From positions 48,236,001-48,300,000 of the forward strand of contig OZ024751.1 in NCBI GenBank assembly GCA_964016885.1: a stretch of DNA of 64,000 nt, in the 5' to 3' direction. Source of the stretch: Eledone cirrhosa. Its lineage: Eukaryota. Numbering within the stretch: the first letter of the stretch is position 1; each line of letters starts with the position of its first letter. Positions 61,773 to 64,000 of this stretch are shown piece by piece. The notes under the pieces were generated by a model that was not told the origin of the DNA, ran no database searches, and was given only the letters and a program-made list of their open reading frames with translations. The position numbers and the translations under genes are program-made.

Positions 61773-62332
61773 AAAACTACCCGGTCGAGAGCTTATTCGA
61801 TTTGTGCTATTTATGCAAACATTTTTTGCATGATTTACACATACTGAATTCGTTTGCCAAATTCTGAGGTTTTTCCCTTTGTGAGTTACACATGTGCTTT
61901 TACAAAACACTACGTCATTCACAATACTGGCGCAGAACAAAATACCTGTTGATAACGTGATATTCCTCGTTCGATCATTATTCCAAAGCTTATGGTTTTA
62001 AGCAGACAGTATTATTGATTTAGGTGTCACAGAAACCCTGTACTTGGATTTTACCATCAATTCCAATGGGTCCAGGTTAGTTATATATATATGTATATAT
62101 ATATATATATATATATGTATGATTTTGTCATTTATTTTGTCTGACCTGTTTAGCTTGACTTGTTTTTTGGCTTAGGTGGTTAATGCCTTCTTGACCGTCT
62201 TCTCAGTTTGTATGGCCTTTATAACGTATGTTTATAGCTCTGGTTTTTTAAACTATGGAGCGCTTGCCAGCATGACTCTGAATTTGCGTTACGTTTCGCT
62301 TTTTCTACCCGCCGAAATGCGATTCTCGCTGA

Positions 62333-62379
<47 letters not shown>

Positions 62380-62484
62380 GACATATACAGATCAAAGTGT
62401 CAATCTCAATAGAAAGCAAGAAAGTAAGATGATGTGCTTAAAACAACAAGATCATAAAGCTTCGAACCAGTTTCTTATTATAAA

Positions 62485-62520
62485 CTTGTGATGAAGGGCT
62501 TCTAGTCCCGAAATATTAGG
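62485..62520 (+). ncRNA. Degenerate minimal hammerhead (C3 to G)
   Basis: ctt gtgatga a gggct tct agtcc c gaaa ta tt agg. Confidence 0.4.
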
Positions 62521-62651
62521 ACAGGTGACACATTGATATCTTAGTGGCTTTAAATTTTTTCAAAAATTTACGCATTGCTTTGTCATATACTTCGAATAGC
62601 ATACTGATTTACACATACACACATGCAGACAAACACCACACACATACACAC

Positions 62652-62711
<60 letters not shown>

Positions 62712-62768
62712 GCGAGAGAGAGAGGGAGAGAGAGATGGAGAGAGAGGAGAGAGAGAGAGCGAGAGGGC

Positions 62769-62893
<125 letters not shown>

Positions 62894-62999
62894 GACACAC
62901 ATACACACATAAATGTATTGTGTCTTTGTAAATAATTTAACGTTTAGAAGGACTGTAATCATAAATCTTCTAGATGGAACTGACGTGGGTCTAATTTAC

Positions 63000-63088
63000 A
63001 CCACCACCACCACCACCACCACCACCACCACCACCACCACCACCACCACCACCACCACCACCACCACCACCACCACCACCACCACCAA
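63000..63088. repeat. (ACC)n microsatellite
   Basis: Direct reading. Confidence 0.95.
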
Positions 63089-63429
63089 CAACTTCTATCT
63101 TCCTGCAATTCTTCCTGTGGTCGGACGTAACGGAAGACTGGAATAGACATTCTGAGATTCAATCATCGCCTACCATCAAACTATATTGTCAACAGTTGAT
63201 ACTTCTGGTATAGATCATAATTAAATTAGAGTAGAAATGGGCACCTAATTATCATTGCCAATTAGAAATAAATGCTCAAACAAGAAAATAAACAGCTTTT
63301 TACAAAAAATAGTAAGTTAATTAATTTGTAATTAAGTAAGTATTGACAGATATTTTAACACCAATAAAAAATATAAACTACTTGTTTACTTACTATCTAC
63401 AAAGAAATCTAATGCGCGCGCGCGCGTGC

Positions 63430-63462
<33 letters not shown>

Positions 63463-63514
63463 TATATATATATATATATATAAATAATTGTGTTGTTATT
63501 TCTGTTTACCTTTT

Positions 63515-63590
<76 letters not shown>

Positions 63591-63645
63591 TTGTGTGTGT
63601 GTGTATGTATGTATATGTATATATGCACACACATATATATATACA

Positions 63646-63694
<49 letters not shown>

Positions 63695-64000
63695 AGACAC
63701 AGTGTACTGGTGTCTTGTTGTCACAGGAACAACTGTACCTGTGTAGAGAAGAACGTCTGTCTACCTCTTTCTCACTCTATCTCCCCTTCACCTCCCTATT
63801 TCTCTCATACATGTACATAAACACACACATATACACATACACATACTCATATACATACTCAGATATAAACAGACAGGCACACACACATACTGATACACAA
63901 ACCCGTACACATACACAGACACACAAGCAAGCACACATACACACATACACATACACAGTTACACATACACACATACAGACACACAAACAAGCACACATAG

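Overview
AT-rich, microsatellite-saturated eukaryotic intergenic or intronic DNA; the SINE content suggests an octopod cephalopod (inference). No host gene is supportable, and nearly all ORF-track entries are translations of (TA)n/(CA)n/(GA)n tracts. Real coding relics are four decayed minus-strand Penelope-like retroelements of the Naiad type (KRMRW, YRDDGL RT, GIY-YIG) and one R4/Dong-like RT fragment. The dominant hidden signal is a dense set of type I hammerhead ribozyme (HHR) motifs from about ten unrelated short non-coding families, mostly inserted into (TA)n tracts and often arranged as palindromes with the RNA 3' ends pointing outward. The centrepiece is a 6-kb insertion (17675-23663) of about 12.8 near-identical 467-bp units. 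Each unit carries one minimal HHR, and the units form two head-to-head arrays, resembling an integrated rolling-circle concatemer of a retrozyme-like circular RNA. All ribozyme calls are by-eye motif and pairing matches; no activity or database search has been run.
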